Both the position numbers and the translations under genes were made by a program. The notes beneath the pieces were generated by a model that saw only the letters and a program-made list of their open reading frames with translations, ran no database searches and was not told the origin of the DNA. From Basidiobolus meristosporus CBS 931.73 (Eukaryota; Fungi; Basidiobolomycota): a stretch of 64,000 nt of DNA. The stretch lies in assembly GCA_002104905.1 (NCBI GenBank), contig MCFE01000467.1:6219-70218 (forward strand), in the 5' to 3' direction. How positions within the stretch are numbered: position 1 is the first letter of the stretch; the number at the start of each line of letters is the position of its first letter. This document shows positions 49,146-60,600 of this stretch, piece after piece.

Positions 49146-49823
49146 ATGTTTGACAATAACGTAGTTGTTGCTACCCAGCATGTGATCGATCATTATTTTA
49201 GTTCCAAGCCGAAGGACCTTGTGCAGAGAGAGATAGTCCTGGGTAGCAAGCCGCTACCACACACCATCCTAACCAGATCCTCTCCAAACCTCGAGTGCCT
49301 CATCAAATCCCACATCATCAGCATCACATCAAACACCGTCAACCATCTGTTCGAGTGTGCCCTACCCAACCCCAGCATGCCCAACAACCTGCCGCAGCTA
49401 GACGCCTTCATCACGCGAGTATTTCGCCGCTCCAACCTACCCCTCAACAACCTCCTGACCGCGTTGCTGTATCTCGTCCGCCTCAAAGAATACCACCCGT
49501 CGTGCAAAGGGACACTCGGATCCGGACACCGACTGTTCCTCGCTGCATTGATGATGGCCAACAAATACCTGCACGACGGCGCCTATCACAACAAAACATG
49601 GCGAAAGATAGCGGACGGCTTCTACGAGCTGCAGGATCTCAATCAGATGGAGTCCGAGTTCCTCAGCCTGCTGAAATTCGAGTTGGCGGTGAAGCCTGCC
49701 GAGTGGGTGGAGTTCATGGACATCATGGATGGGAAGCTCACCCGAAGCTGGGCCCGGAAAGGCATCCAGGGCCCCAGAGGATATCTGTTCAAGAAGATGA
49801 CTGCACACATGGACCTCAGCTAA
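49146..49823 (+). CDS. PHO85-type (Pcl) cyclin-box protein
   Basis: LPQLDAFITRVFRRS..LLTALLYLVRLK..HRLFLAALMMANKYLHDGAYHNKTW..DLNQMESEFLSLLKFEL. Confidence 0.88.
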   Translation: MFDNNVVVATQHVIDHYFSSKPKDLVQREIVLGSKPLPHTILTRSSPNLECLIKSHIISITSNTVNHLFECALPNPSMPNNLPQLDAFITRVFRRSNLPLNNLLTALLYLVRLKEYHPSCKGTLGSGHRLFLAALMMANKYLHDGAYHNKTWRKIADGFYELQDLNQMESEFLSLLKFELAVKPAEWVEFMDIMDGKLTRSWARKGIQGPRGYLFKKMTAHMDLS

Positions 49824-50060
49824 CCCCCCCCCTCTCACGTTAACCCGCTATGTATATTGTAACCCAGTAAGCTATGTAGATATGAACATATATAAATTCC
49901 AGACGATACGAAATAAATCATTTCGGTGGCATATCATGGTCAAGGTTGGCTTTTCAAATGGTCAATTTAATCCGGATCTGGGTACGTGTGCAGAAGAAGA
50001 AATGAGGGTTGAAGTTCAATTATCTACTGGGTTATAAAAATACAAAATGGCCAGCTTTTA

Positions 50061-50996
50061 TTAGTTCGCCATGCTGGCGCGTAACTCGGCAAGTTCGGCA
50101 TCCTCGTCCTCCTCTTCCTGGATCTTGCTGCGCACTAGATGGGTGGGATTTGGGTGAGTACGTGTTGGTCGAGGGGGTACATTGGATGCTTGGTGGGTTG
50201 CTTACGAGGTTGATTTGGAACGCTGGGCATATGAACTGGAGGCGCCTCGGCTCCCAAGAGTTTCGAGTCGAGTTCTTCTTGCTCAAGCTCCTCAAGCTCG
50301 GCGTTAAGCTCGTCCTAGAGTTGAAATAGTAAGCAACTTGTGAAGAAGAGGTGAGTGGGAAAGAAAGGGGGTCATCTTCCCTGCGACATACCTCATCCAT
50401 ATCGTATCCAAAGCCAACAGGCTGGGAAATGGCGTCGGAAATCTCGTTGGCCAAGTCCATTTGCTCGCGGATCTCGTCCATTGTGGAGTCCACTTTGTCG
50501 ATATCCCTTTTAAAAAAAAGGTGGGTGAGTAAGGTTCGGGCGGCACTCAAGGTACATAGAGTAACAATACAGTTTTCCGTGGATGTTCTTCATGGCATCC
50601 GAACCAGCCTTCATGGCATTCATCGTTTCCAGATTTACGTTGGCACTCTCGATGGCCATCACTTGAGTCTCAATGGTCATCCGTGAGCCGGAGATTTTTT
50701 CGATCTGAACCTCGTATTGCTTCTTGCGCTTCAAGGCCATCAATGCAGCTAGATGGGAGGAAGGAGGAGAGGGGTAAGTCTCGGTTACGGACTCAACAGT
50801 ACTGCCACACCATGACCCTTGATACGCTACCTCTCTTGTTTTTCGTAGCGTTGGCCTTGGCAACCTTCAGCTCGTTGTCGATTTTGGTCTGCAGGAAATT
50901 CTCTCGCTTCTCAAGCATAAGAAGCGTCTCTCGTAAGCGAACGATGGCATCCTTGGGGGTGGACTTCGCCTTGGCCTTTCCGAAAAATAGATTCAT
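50061..50996 (-). CDS. SNF7: ESCRT-III subunit SNF7/VPS32, spliced
   Basis: MNLFFGKAK..PKDAIVRLRETLLMLEKRE, ALMALKRKKQYE, IESANVNLET, DKVDSTMDEIREQMDLANEISDAISQPVG, DEDAELAELRASMAN. Confidence 0.95.
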
Positions 50997-51227
50997 CTTC
51001 GATTAAGGGGTTTGTGTATAGATGAGGGGTGGGTGCTGGGCTGGTGGGAAGGGTCGTGGGTGTTGGCAAGCAAGCGTCTCTGAAGGGAGCGATTAATGAA
51101 TTAGTGGTCAAGTTACTGTTGGAAAATTTTCGATTTTCCACTCATGAATTATGTAAGATTTCCGATGGATGATTTGTGATTGATTAATTGGAGCCAACGC
51201 TCGCTCGAATACGTATGCAAACCCAAT

Positions 51228-51263
51228 CCTGACCCTGACCCTGACCCTGACCCTGACCCTAAC
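51228..51263. repeat. Telomere-variant hexamer microsatellite (CCTGAC)5 plus CCTAAC, which reads TCAGGG/TTAGGG on the minus strand
   Basis: Direct reading of cctgaccctgaccctgaccctgaccctgaccctaac. Confidence 0.9.
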
Positions 51264-51311
51264 TCTGATTTCATCTCTACTCAGGTGAGAGAGAGCACCC
51301 GCCCCGGTATG

Positions 51312-51321
51312 ATCACGTGAC
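51312..51321. promoter_or_regulatory. E-box ATCACGTGAC upstream of SNF7
   Basis: RTCACGTGAY core about 315 bp upstream of the SNF7 ATG. Confidence 0.5.
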
Positions 51322-51914
51322 ACGCATACCTGGTATGTGGGTAAGTTAAGTATCGGTTCCCAGGTTGTTTCTTATCAAACATCTGGTGCCAGTTGACCAA
51401 CTCAAGTGACCAGGAGTCAAGACAGTCTCGTGGACACAGCAGATAGCTTAACCCTTGTCCACGGATTTATCGAGAATCCAGGTAATCCATAAATGGGGTG
51501 ATTCCCCATGGCCATATGGGGAAATGCAATGGTAAAGAACCGCCCGTCGTTCGTTCCAACCGTGCAGTGTCTGGACCGAGGGGTTCTGGCGAATTTTCTG
51601 GAATCAGCCTGGATTTCCGCAGCGGGGTTTTTTGGGGAGCGGTGATGCCCACCGAATCTGGTCTGCTCAGTGGTGGGTCGAGAGGGCGTTGGGGGGATGG
51701 TCGCGAGGAATATTGGGGAATGGAGACGAGCGCAATTGGCATCGTGTGACTGCCCACTCGATCCGTCAAGTCCCTGCTGCCACTGAAAATTTGCTGGAAA
51801 TGATGGATTTATTACATTAAGCACTATGGTACAACGAACGGCGGTGAGTGGGAAGTGCTGATCTAAACTATGTTACAGTGTACAAATTTTGGGTAAAAAT
51901 CTACATGGTACTGG

Positions 51915-52805
51915 TTAGGAACGGACCAGTCGCTTCACCATGGGGCGATTACGTTCAGTGAGAATCTTTTTACTGCATCGGTGAAGGAGCATGAGGAACT
52001 TCTGCTGTTTCTCGGTGGGGACTTGGTTTTGCGGGTTGAAGAGGGCCTCCAGGAGGGAGTTGTCCAGGAGCGGTGGAGAGGGCAGTGCGCTACGGTGAGG
52101 ACGACCCGTGTCCAACAGCAGGTTCTTTCGCAGCGCATTGATGGTGTGCGAATCTAGCTTCTGGCGGTTGATGTTGGTGTTCTGCATCAGGTCGGCTAGG
52201 TCATCCACGTACAGGGAAACGGAGGTCTTGGCTGATTTAAGGGGGGTTTCACATTCGGGTGGGGGAGTGACCATGCGCGATCTGGTAGGAGCGTGGGAAG
52301 CCGTTGGTTGCGGGGAGAGGAGGAGGTGATTGCCAAATTTCAGGAGATCGAGGGGATGTACCATCAGATCAAACTTGCTGAGGAAGAGGAACTCCAGCTC
52401 AAGGGCATTCAGGTCGCCCAGCGTGATGCCGGCCACCTGAGCATACCGTGAGTTGGTGAAATAGACGTCGGAGCTGTATTTGGAGGCGATGACAATCCCA
52501 GTGACCAGCAGACGGTGGATGTTGTAGGAGTTGATGGCGAAGGGGCTGGCCGTCTCCTTAGAGCACCGCACAATACGGTCGAGGTAGATCAAGGCGCTGA
52601 GGAGGCACTCGTTGTTGAATGGCGTGTATTTCAGGATTCGAAGCAGATACTCCTCAACTCCAATGGTGGGGATTGATCTGGAATGGAAGCAAGAGGGCGA
52701 TCTTGCTCCACATGCGTCGTTGATTGCAATCATGGACTTGAGCATGCGTGAGACGAGGGCCACCGTCTGCTTCACCGGATGCGTAGCAATGTCAAATTGG
52801 ACCAT
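51915..52805 (-). CDS. PHO80/Pcl7-like cyclin, 296 aa
   Basis: FHSRSIPTIGVEEYLLRILKY..LLSALIYLDR..NIHRLLVTGIVIASKYSSDVYFTNSRYAQVAGI..LNALELEFL. Confidence 0.92.
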   Translation of the reverse strand: MVQFDIATHPVKQTVALVSRMLKSMIAINDACGARSPSCFHSRSIPTIGVEEYLLRILKYTPFNNECLLSALIYLDRIVRCSKETASPFAINSYNIHRLLVTGIVIASKYSSDVYFTNSRYAQVAGITLGDLNALELEFLFLSKFDLMVHPLDLLKFGNHLLLSPQPTASHAPTRSRMVTPPPECETPLKSAKTSVSLYVDDLADLMQNTNINRQKLDSHTINALRKNLLLDTGRPHRSALPSPPLLDNSLLEALFNPQNQVPTEKQQKFLMLLHRCSKKILTERNRPMVKRLVRS

Positions 52806-54477
52806 CAGGAAGGATGTCGTGAAGCAAAGGAACTAACAATTTACAAGGAAGAAGATCAGTTTGGTAACAATTGCCAGAGATAAGCGAGCGCATGGATGCG
52901 GATTTCGAATCAATTTATACCTCATTTGTACCCCAATCCATATTGGCTGGGAATGATCGAAATTGGTTGTCATTTGTAATTGCTCCTTTATCATGGATCT
53001 AGTCTGGTAATTGCATGCTAATCATGGATCTAGTCTCAGATACCCTTCCATTACCTCATTACCTTCCATTACCCATCTCACCTGTAGCTCTGATAAACTT
53101 CGAGATTAACCTATCCATTGGTGTAACCATTCTAACCATCCAAGCAACAGCCCTCCTGGGTACCGCAGACCCCCTCGAGCCCCCAACCACCATTCTCTAC
53201 GTTTACGGAGCAAATCGCAGCTCTGCACCCAAACTCCCCCAAGTGGAGCATATACAATGGGCACAGTATTCTGGACAGCATCGCCTGGCGTCCGGTTCGT
53301 ATCGGTGCTTTGTTTAGTGAAGCAATGAGCTAGAAAGGTCCAGACTTCTATCTGGATTGATGGAAGGCAAGGGGCCGATTGCTTGGTGATTTATCATAGG
53401 CGCAGCCCATAGATTAGCTCCTACCTTACCACACGCGAGCGGGTAGATAGTCAATTTGGCTAATGTCTCCAAATTGATGCGCTACGATGCCCCAGAACAG
53501 ATTGACAAGTTCCAAATAAGGGGATCGCTCCTCACAGTCATCTTACTGCGGTCATGTCATATTGGTCGCACGGATTAAGCTGGTCACTGTCATGGATATG
53601 TTCTTTGTTCCCCAACACAGCCTGCCCCAAAATCCCCAACTGGATAGAGTTGATGGGCTGTAGGATGTATGCTGTAGGCTGAGGGTTGAGGTCAAGAGTC
53701 GGGGGTCGGGGGTCTGAACACGCCCCAGCTACCCTTCCACTCTCCAACTACAGCATGGGGCAGCTAGTTTAACCTAGTTGAGTATGGTGGTACTTCTCCT
53801 CAGCAACCAATATAGGGATATGAGGCCTATTTATGCTCACACCACAGGTGCTCAATCCCGATAATTATCGACCGCGAAGCAAGTCATCATTACGATATTA
53901 TCGTCACTGGGCTTATCATCACGCCCAAGGATTTATTTAGCTAGTCAGAAAGTTATCTAGGTCTCGAGGTCGCCGCTTAGCTGGTTGGAAAGTTATCTAG
54001 GTCGTGGTGGTGCGGTGCGGGTGCAGCTTTCCATATGGGATTTTGTTGAAGTTAAATTGCTTGGTGCAATCTCGACAAATCCGTGCTTAAATCCAGGTCT
54101 TGTGAAGATATGCCTATTCGGGAATCTCGCGTAAATCTCGCGTAAATCTCTCCAAATTACGCTCATTCTTAGACGGAAATCTACTTCGATTTGGGCAGTC
54201 CGGTTGGTGTCACACAAGCGCTATCCTTTGCCCCATTTTCTGGCAATGCCACGGATTTTCATGTGCTAACGTGAGTGGGTCTCTATTCGGACCGATGATT
54301 CCATACGTAATGGCATCATCCGTGAGGTACAAGGAGTTCCATGTGTAAAGGTACATAAGCCAACCGAGTCTATTCGGCCCGATGATTCCATCATGATAGC
54401 AAGGAATGGGCTGCTATAAAGGTGGCTTGGTGAATGTGACATGGCTCATAATATTCCTACTTAATCCACCCTTTAAC

Positions 54478-55882
54478 ATGCACATAGATCAAAGTAGCCC
54501 CAAGTATCTAGCACCCATAGATGTGGTGTTCCAACATCTCGAAACTGAGGAACACCCAATGACCTGCACCTCTGTCTGGACCTTCAAGACCCCCTTGGAC
54601 GAGTGTCTGGTCACCAAAGAATTCTGTAACTTAGTAGACAATTATCCCAAATTTCGCCAATGTATCCATTCTCGGGGGAGTTTCAAAATGCCTGAATGGG
54701 TGGACTCCCCCGACTTCAAGCTAGAGAACCACCTACACTTCGTCAATCTCACCGGCGGGACCAAAGAGGATGTCGCGGCGTTCGGAGCGGAGCGCTTCGT
54801 TAAGCTGGACCCCGCGATGCCTCTGTGGAATGCCTACGTGATCAATGACCTGAAGGACGGCGGCTCCGCTCTAATAGGTAAGCACGCAGATGGATATGGA
54901 TTCGGCGTGAAGTCCTAATAATCTTTCCACTTCAGTACAAGCGCACCATGCTCTTAGTGATGGCATCGGCTTTCTCTGCTGCACCCTCTCTCTCACATCC
55001 GCGCGGGACATGAAGTTCTCCTCCAAGAAGGCCTCGAAAGTGAAGAAGCCAGCCTCGGTCCAAGAGTTCTTGGTCTCGATGTACCTGCTTTTCTGTCAGC
55101 TCTGTTTGCTCCTCCTCCACGTAGTCCAGTTGTCCCTGTGGGAGCTGCGGCAACTCTTCCAAACTCACCTTATCCTTCGTAAATCCCTACCGCTCAACCC
55201 AAAGGAGGACGTGTTCAAGAAAAGCATGAGCTGGTCCGAACCGGTTGACCTGGAGGATGTCAAGTTGCTACGCCGACGATACAACTGTACCGTGAACGAC
55301 ATCCTTACTACCATTCTAACCCTGGCCATCCGAAACTATCTGTCAGAGCGCAGTCTCCTTCACGACAAAACGTTCCGGTTCCTGATACCGATCAGCGTGC
55401 GCCGAGCGGGGGATCTGTCGTTATCCAACCAAGTGGGTGGATCCAGTCTCTTCGTGCCGATCGAAAGCTCCGACCCGTCGAAGCTGTTGAGCTCGATCCA
55501 GCACAACATGCATTTCGCCAAGAACTCGGTGGAGCCGTTGGCCAGCTGCAAGCTGCTGGCCCAGTTCTCCTATCTTCCCCAGTCCTGGTACATCCCCGTT
55601 TGCTCCTGGTACGCCAAGCAATACAACGGGGTGTTCACCAACATCCCTGGCCCCCAGCAACCCTTGCGATTCGCCGGCCAAGAGATCGACGACTACGTGG
55701 TGTACCCACCCCAGACTGGCCCCGGTGGGCTAGGGATGGGCGTCATTTCCTACAACAACAAGGTGGTGATCTCGGTGCTCACGGACGAGACCGAGGCTGC
55801 CCCTCAACTCGCCAAGGGAATTGCTGAGCAGTTCAAATTGGAGTTCGACAGGATCCTCAATGACGCCAAGCTGTCCCAATAG
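54478..55882 (+). CDS. Wax ester synthase/diacylglycerol acyltransferase (WS/DGAT family), one intron at 54878-54935
   Basis: Splicing restores the active site VQAHHALSDGIG (HHxxxDG); PLWNAYVI, TVNDI, LSNQVG, FTNIPGP; TATAAA at 54415. Confidence 0.92.
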
Positions 55883-56684
55883 ACCATACAACAGCATCCA
55901 TCTCTTAATTCAGCCCATCTAGACCTATTCCAACCGCATCCATAGCCATAACCACATTTCTAATCCATATCCTTACCTGCACCCACCTCACCCCGCCAAC
56001 CTATCATATCCACATACCATGCTAATCAAATAAACCTTCCACGTGCGGGTGTGTGTGAATCACGTTCTTGTAAATGGCCTGGTAAATCCAATGATTTGTA
56101 GGATATATGCTGGTTGATTGCATTATTGACCTCGAATAAGCAGTGCATACCATGAGAAGAACTCCATAAAGCCTATATATAGAATCCCTAACAAAAAGCT
56201 CTTAGAAGTGCAAAGATTGGGATCATTTGCATGAGTTCAAAGTCTTGATAACTTCTCAGGCCTTACTGAAGTTAAGTATTTACTAATATAATGCCAGCTA
56301 AATTGCAAGTAGGCGTATTTTAATCTGCATGTACACTTAATACAATCTTGACAGACATGAGTTTATGGGAAAAAGCCTCCCTCGCCAAAGGCCAGCCAAA
56401 TGCTTGCATAAGACCATCAGAAATCCAATTTCCCTTAAATTCGCACCTTGTAGTATCAAGCATTGTAGCATTTTTTTGAATAATCAGCTGTCTGTGTAGT
56501 GTATAAGCTGTTATAAGTATTTAGCTTACATCTGTACCACTCATAAGACATGGGACTCTACTTAGCTTACCGCCAAGCCATGAGCTAATCACTTGAAATC
56601 TAGTTTGTCGGATATTTGCTAATCAACGGAGTTAGCATTCTAAAACTTATCCAAAAACCTCCAAGCATTACACACAGCTTCCTA

Positions 56685-57688
56685 TGCTGTAAGAGTCTTG
56701 GAGATATTGGAAGTGATTGGGAGAACAAGTAGATTATGTGGTTTTCACTTAATGATTCATTGAATGTAAAAGTAGTATTTATACTTTTGCATGGTCTTGG
56801 CATTACAAACACGTAGAATAGGTTAAGGAAGGTCCCAAGAACATGTGTGCAAAGTTTGGGCTGTTTGGACAACTTTGAGAATTTTCATGTTCTGGGTACC
56901 TGGTATTTTGGTGAAAATATTCTAAGTAAATCCCAACAAGAATTTGGTCAGTATTCTCTAGGATTTGAAGGTGATGATCTAAGTGACTAAGTTAGGTGAA
57001 TATTTAGGTGAAAATCACAAATTTTTACAACACTCCCACTCAGCTAAGTGGTCATACTGACTAGTCCTAATTTTGACCTAAGATACACAAATTTGTCTCT
57101 AGCTAATGGCTTGGTCAATATGTCTGCAATCATTTTATCTGTAGAACAGTAAGCTGAGTTACCTAAGTTACTCTCTATAGCTTCACATACAAAATAATGT
57201 CTAATATTTATGTGCTTAGTTCCAGCCTGAAAAGTTGGACTTTCATTAATTGTACACAACCTTGATTACCTCAAAATAAAGTAATAGGCATTTTTGACAT
57301 AAGCCTAAATCTTCAGAAGCCTCCTTAGCCACATTGCTTTTTTGAAGCTCCACAGGCTGCCATATACTCTGCCTCTGTGATAGAAAGTGCTACAGTTGGT
57401 TGCTTTCTTAAATTCCATGAAATTGCTCCTTTACAGTAGAGAAAGGTATCTCCTATGGAGGATCTTGTGTCTTCTAGATTTTGTCCCTGATTAGCATCAA
57501 AGTATCCCACAAGATCTTGTTCTGAATCCTTATAGGTGTACTTTAAGCAGATATCAGCAGTTCCTTTTAGGTATCTCACAATCTGTTTAACTGCTGCAAT
57601 ATGCTCAGATCCATTGTCTGATTGTGCTGGCTGACAGCACGCACTGTATATGAGATATCTAGAGGTGTTCCAAGCATGATATACATCA
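56685..57688 (-). mobile_element. Minus-strand copia copy (3' LTR 56685-57032, PPT 57033-57041, degenerate RNase H and end of RT), interrupted at 57688 by copy 2
   Basis: 348-bp long-subtype LTR; ctcccactc PPT; minus-strand frames give TKHINIRHYF, ADILTKPL, RYLKGTAD and ITEAEYMAA. Confidence 0.94.
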
Positions 57689-60600
57689 TGTTATAAAAAT
57701 TTGTATTTCCACCTAAATATTCACCTAACTTAGTCACTTAGATCATTACCTTCAGATCCAAGAGAATACTGACCAAATTACTTGTTGGGATTTACTTATC
57801 AAATTTTCATGTTCTGGGTAAATATTCTAAGTTGTCCAAACAGCCCCAAACTTTGCACATATGTTCTTGGGACCTTTGTTAGCCTATTCTCTGTGTTTGT
57901 AATTCCAAGACCAGGTAAAAGTATAGATACTACTTTTACAATCAATAAATCATTAAGTGAAAACCACATAATCTACTTGTTCTCCCAATCACTTCCAATA
58001 TCTCCAAGACTCTTACAACAGGTTATGAGCCCCAAGCTGTCACTCTCTGCAATGTCTACTACTGCTAATACTGGAATTTTTCCCTCTGCTGAAAAGTTGG
58101 ATGGATCTAACTACCAAGTGTGGAAGGTGAAGATGAAGATGCTGCTACAAGAAAGAGGCCTTTGGGATATTGTCATGGGAGAAGAATGCCCTCCTAAAAA
58201 TGTGGGAGAGGAAGCCTTGAGGTACCAGAAGAAAGAACAAAGTGCCTTTAACTGCATTTGCCTCAATGTTAAAGACAAATTGCTGATTTAATGCTCAAGA
58301 GCAAAAACAGCAAAGAATGCCTGGAAGGCATTAGAAGACACCTACCAGTCATGTTCAGCTGCTAAGAAAATGTATCTGAGACAAAAATTCTTTACTACAA
58401 AGATGCTGCCAGGAGAAGAAATGAAAAATTGAATTAACAGAATTACCCTGCTGGTAGATGAGATGGAATCTGTGGGCATACCAACTACTGATCAGGATGT
58501 GATAGTTACCATCTTGAATAGACTGACAGACAAGTTTCAGGGCCTGGTATCAGCCCTAGAGTCCAGAACTGAAGATTTGACCTTAAATTACATATATGGA
58601 AGGCTCCTGGATGAAGAATTAAGAAAATCAAGTGCAAATAAGAAGGAAGAAGAAAATGTTTTAATAAGCAGTGATAACCAGCAAAGGAGGTACCCAAAAC
58701 CCTACAAAGGCAACAGCAACCTGTTTTGCAACTACTGCAAAAGGAAAGGACACACATCAGACCGGTGTCTCAAAAAGAGAGATTATCAGCAAAAGAAGCC
58801 TGAATATGGAAATGCTGCAACAACTGAAGATAGACTATTCATATCTGCACTAAATATGACCACAAACAAGGATTCTCAGACGTGGTATATTGACTCTGGA
58901 GCATCTCAACACTTTACACACCAAAAAGAGCTTTTTAACCAATATCAAGAAATCCCAATTAAGAAGGTTTTCATGGGTGACAATAGAACACTTGATGCAG
59001 TGGGAGAAGGAACTATCCAAGTAAACCTTAGAAGCAGTGAAGGAAGCCATACACTGACCTTTAAAGAAGTACTCTATGTACCAGAAATAGCCAAGAACCT
59101 ACTCTCTGTAAGCAAGGCCACAGCAGAAGGACTTAGTTTCAGTTTTGACAATTCTGGATGCAGGATCACTGATCAAAATGGTGCCCATATTGCTTTGGGC
59201 ATCAGAGATCAGAATCTATACAAGTTGACTTATATTCCATCATATTTGGAAGCCAATATAAGTAACTTAAATGAAGAAACACCAATGCTTTGGCACAGGA
59301 GATTTGGACACATCAATTTTGATTATTTGTGTAAAATGATCAAAGATCAGCTAATTTCTGGAGTGAAAATTGATCCCCCAGCTAATTTGGAGCACTGTGA
59401 AGCCTGCATATATGGGAAACAAGCCAGACATTTGTTCAAGAGCTCTGGGTTAATCAAAACTAAGTAAAAATTAGATCTAATTCACTCAGATCTGTGTGGA
59501 CCTATGCAAAATTTATCCTTAGGCGGGATGAAGTATTTAATCACTTTTATTGATGATTATACAAGATACACATGGGTCTACTTCATGGAGAAAAAGGAAG
59601 AAGCTCTGTCTAAGTTCAGGGAGTTTAAAGCCATGGTGGAGAGAGAAACTGGTGAAAAAATCAAGAAAATACTCTCTGACAATAGTGGAGAATATACCTC
59701 AAAACTCTTCATCCACTTCTGCAAAATTGATGGGATAAAGCAAGAAAATACTGTACCATACTCCCCACAGCAAAATGGAGTAGCAGAACAAGCTAACAGA
59801 TCAATAATTGATATGGCAAGACTTATGATCCATGATCAAAAATTATCCTATGATTTTTGGGCGGAATCAGTTGCCACTACTGTATACCTTAAAAATAGGA
59901 GTTATAACAGAATACTTTGTGATTCTACTACATTAGAAGCATGGTATGGATACAGACCAAGTGCAGAACATCTAAGAATATTTGGGTGTACAGCATATGC
60001 CAAAAAACTGGCCGGAAATCAGTCAAAATTTGAGCCAAGAAGTGTAAAATGCATATTTTTGGGCTACTGCAATGAGAGTAAGGCATACAGACTCTACAAT
60101 ACCAAAGCAAAGAAGCTGATCAAGTCCAGGGATGTGTTGTTTGATGAAAATTCAAAATTTTCACAAAAAATGACATCAGATTAATACAAAAATCTGATCT
60201 CAAGTCCACCAATTGTCAGGATTGAATCAGAGCAAAACAATGAAAATTTTTTCACTCCAGAGGACTCTACAACTGTGGTTCAGCCAGAATCAGTGCCCAG
60301 GAATATCCCAGAAGTGATCATTCCAGTATCAAATGCCTGGAGATCCAATCAGACAAGAAATAGCCCAAATTACTATATCAATGAGGGTACAAACTTAGCC
60401 TATGCCTATCCAGTCCATGTTGATGAACCCCAGACTGTAAAAGAGGCCCTAAATAGCCCTCAGACAAAGTTTTGGAGATCTGCAATGACTGAGGAATATC
60501 AGGCACTGATGGAAAATCAAACTTGGGACTTAGTCAAATTACCAATCAACCAAAAATCAATTGGATGCAGATGGGTTTTCAAGACAAAATACAAGGCTGA

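Noticed and set aside
51417-53317. ORFs 51417-51824 (-) and 53015-53317 (+) as orphan genes
   Set aside because: Non-ATG or weak starts, no motifs, no splice support, and low-complexity intergenic context.
52990-54391. Spaced direct repeats as a CRISPR-like array
   Set aside because: Each unit occurs only twice, the units are unrelated to each other, the context is eukaryotic, and there are no cas genes.
56100-56684. AT-rich, CpG-poor flank as another transposon relic
   Set aside because: Plausible, but I could not identify termini or protein motifs, so it is not called.
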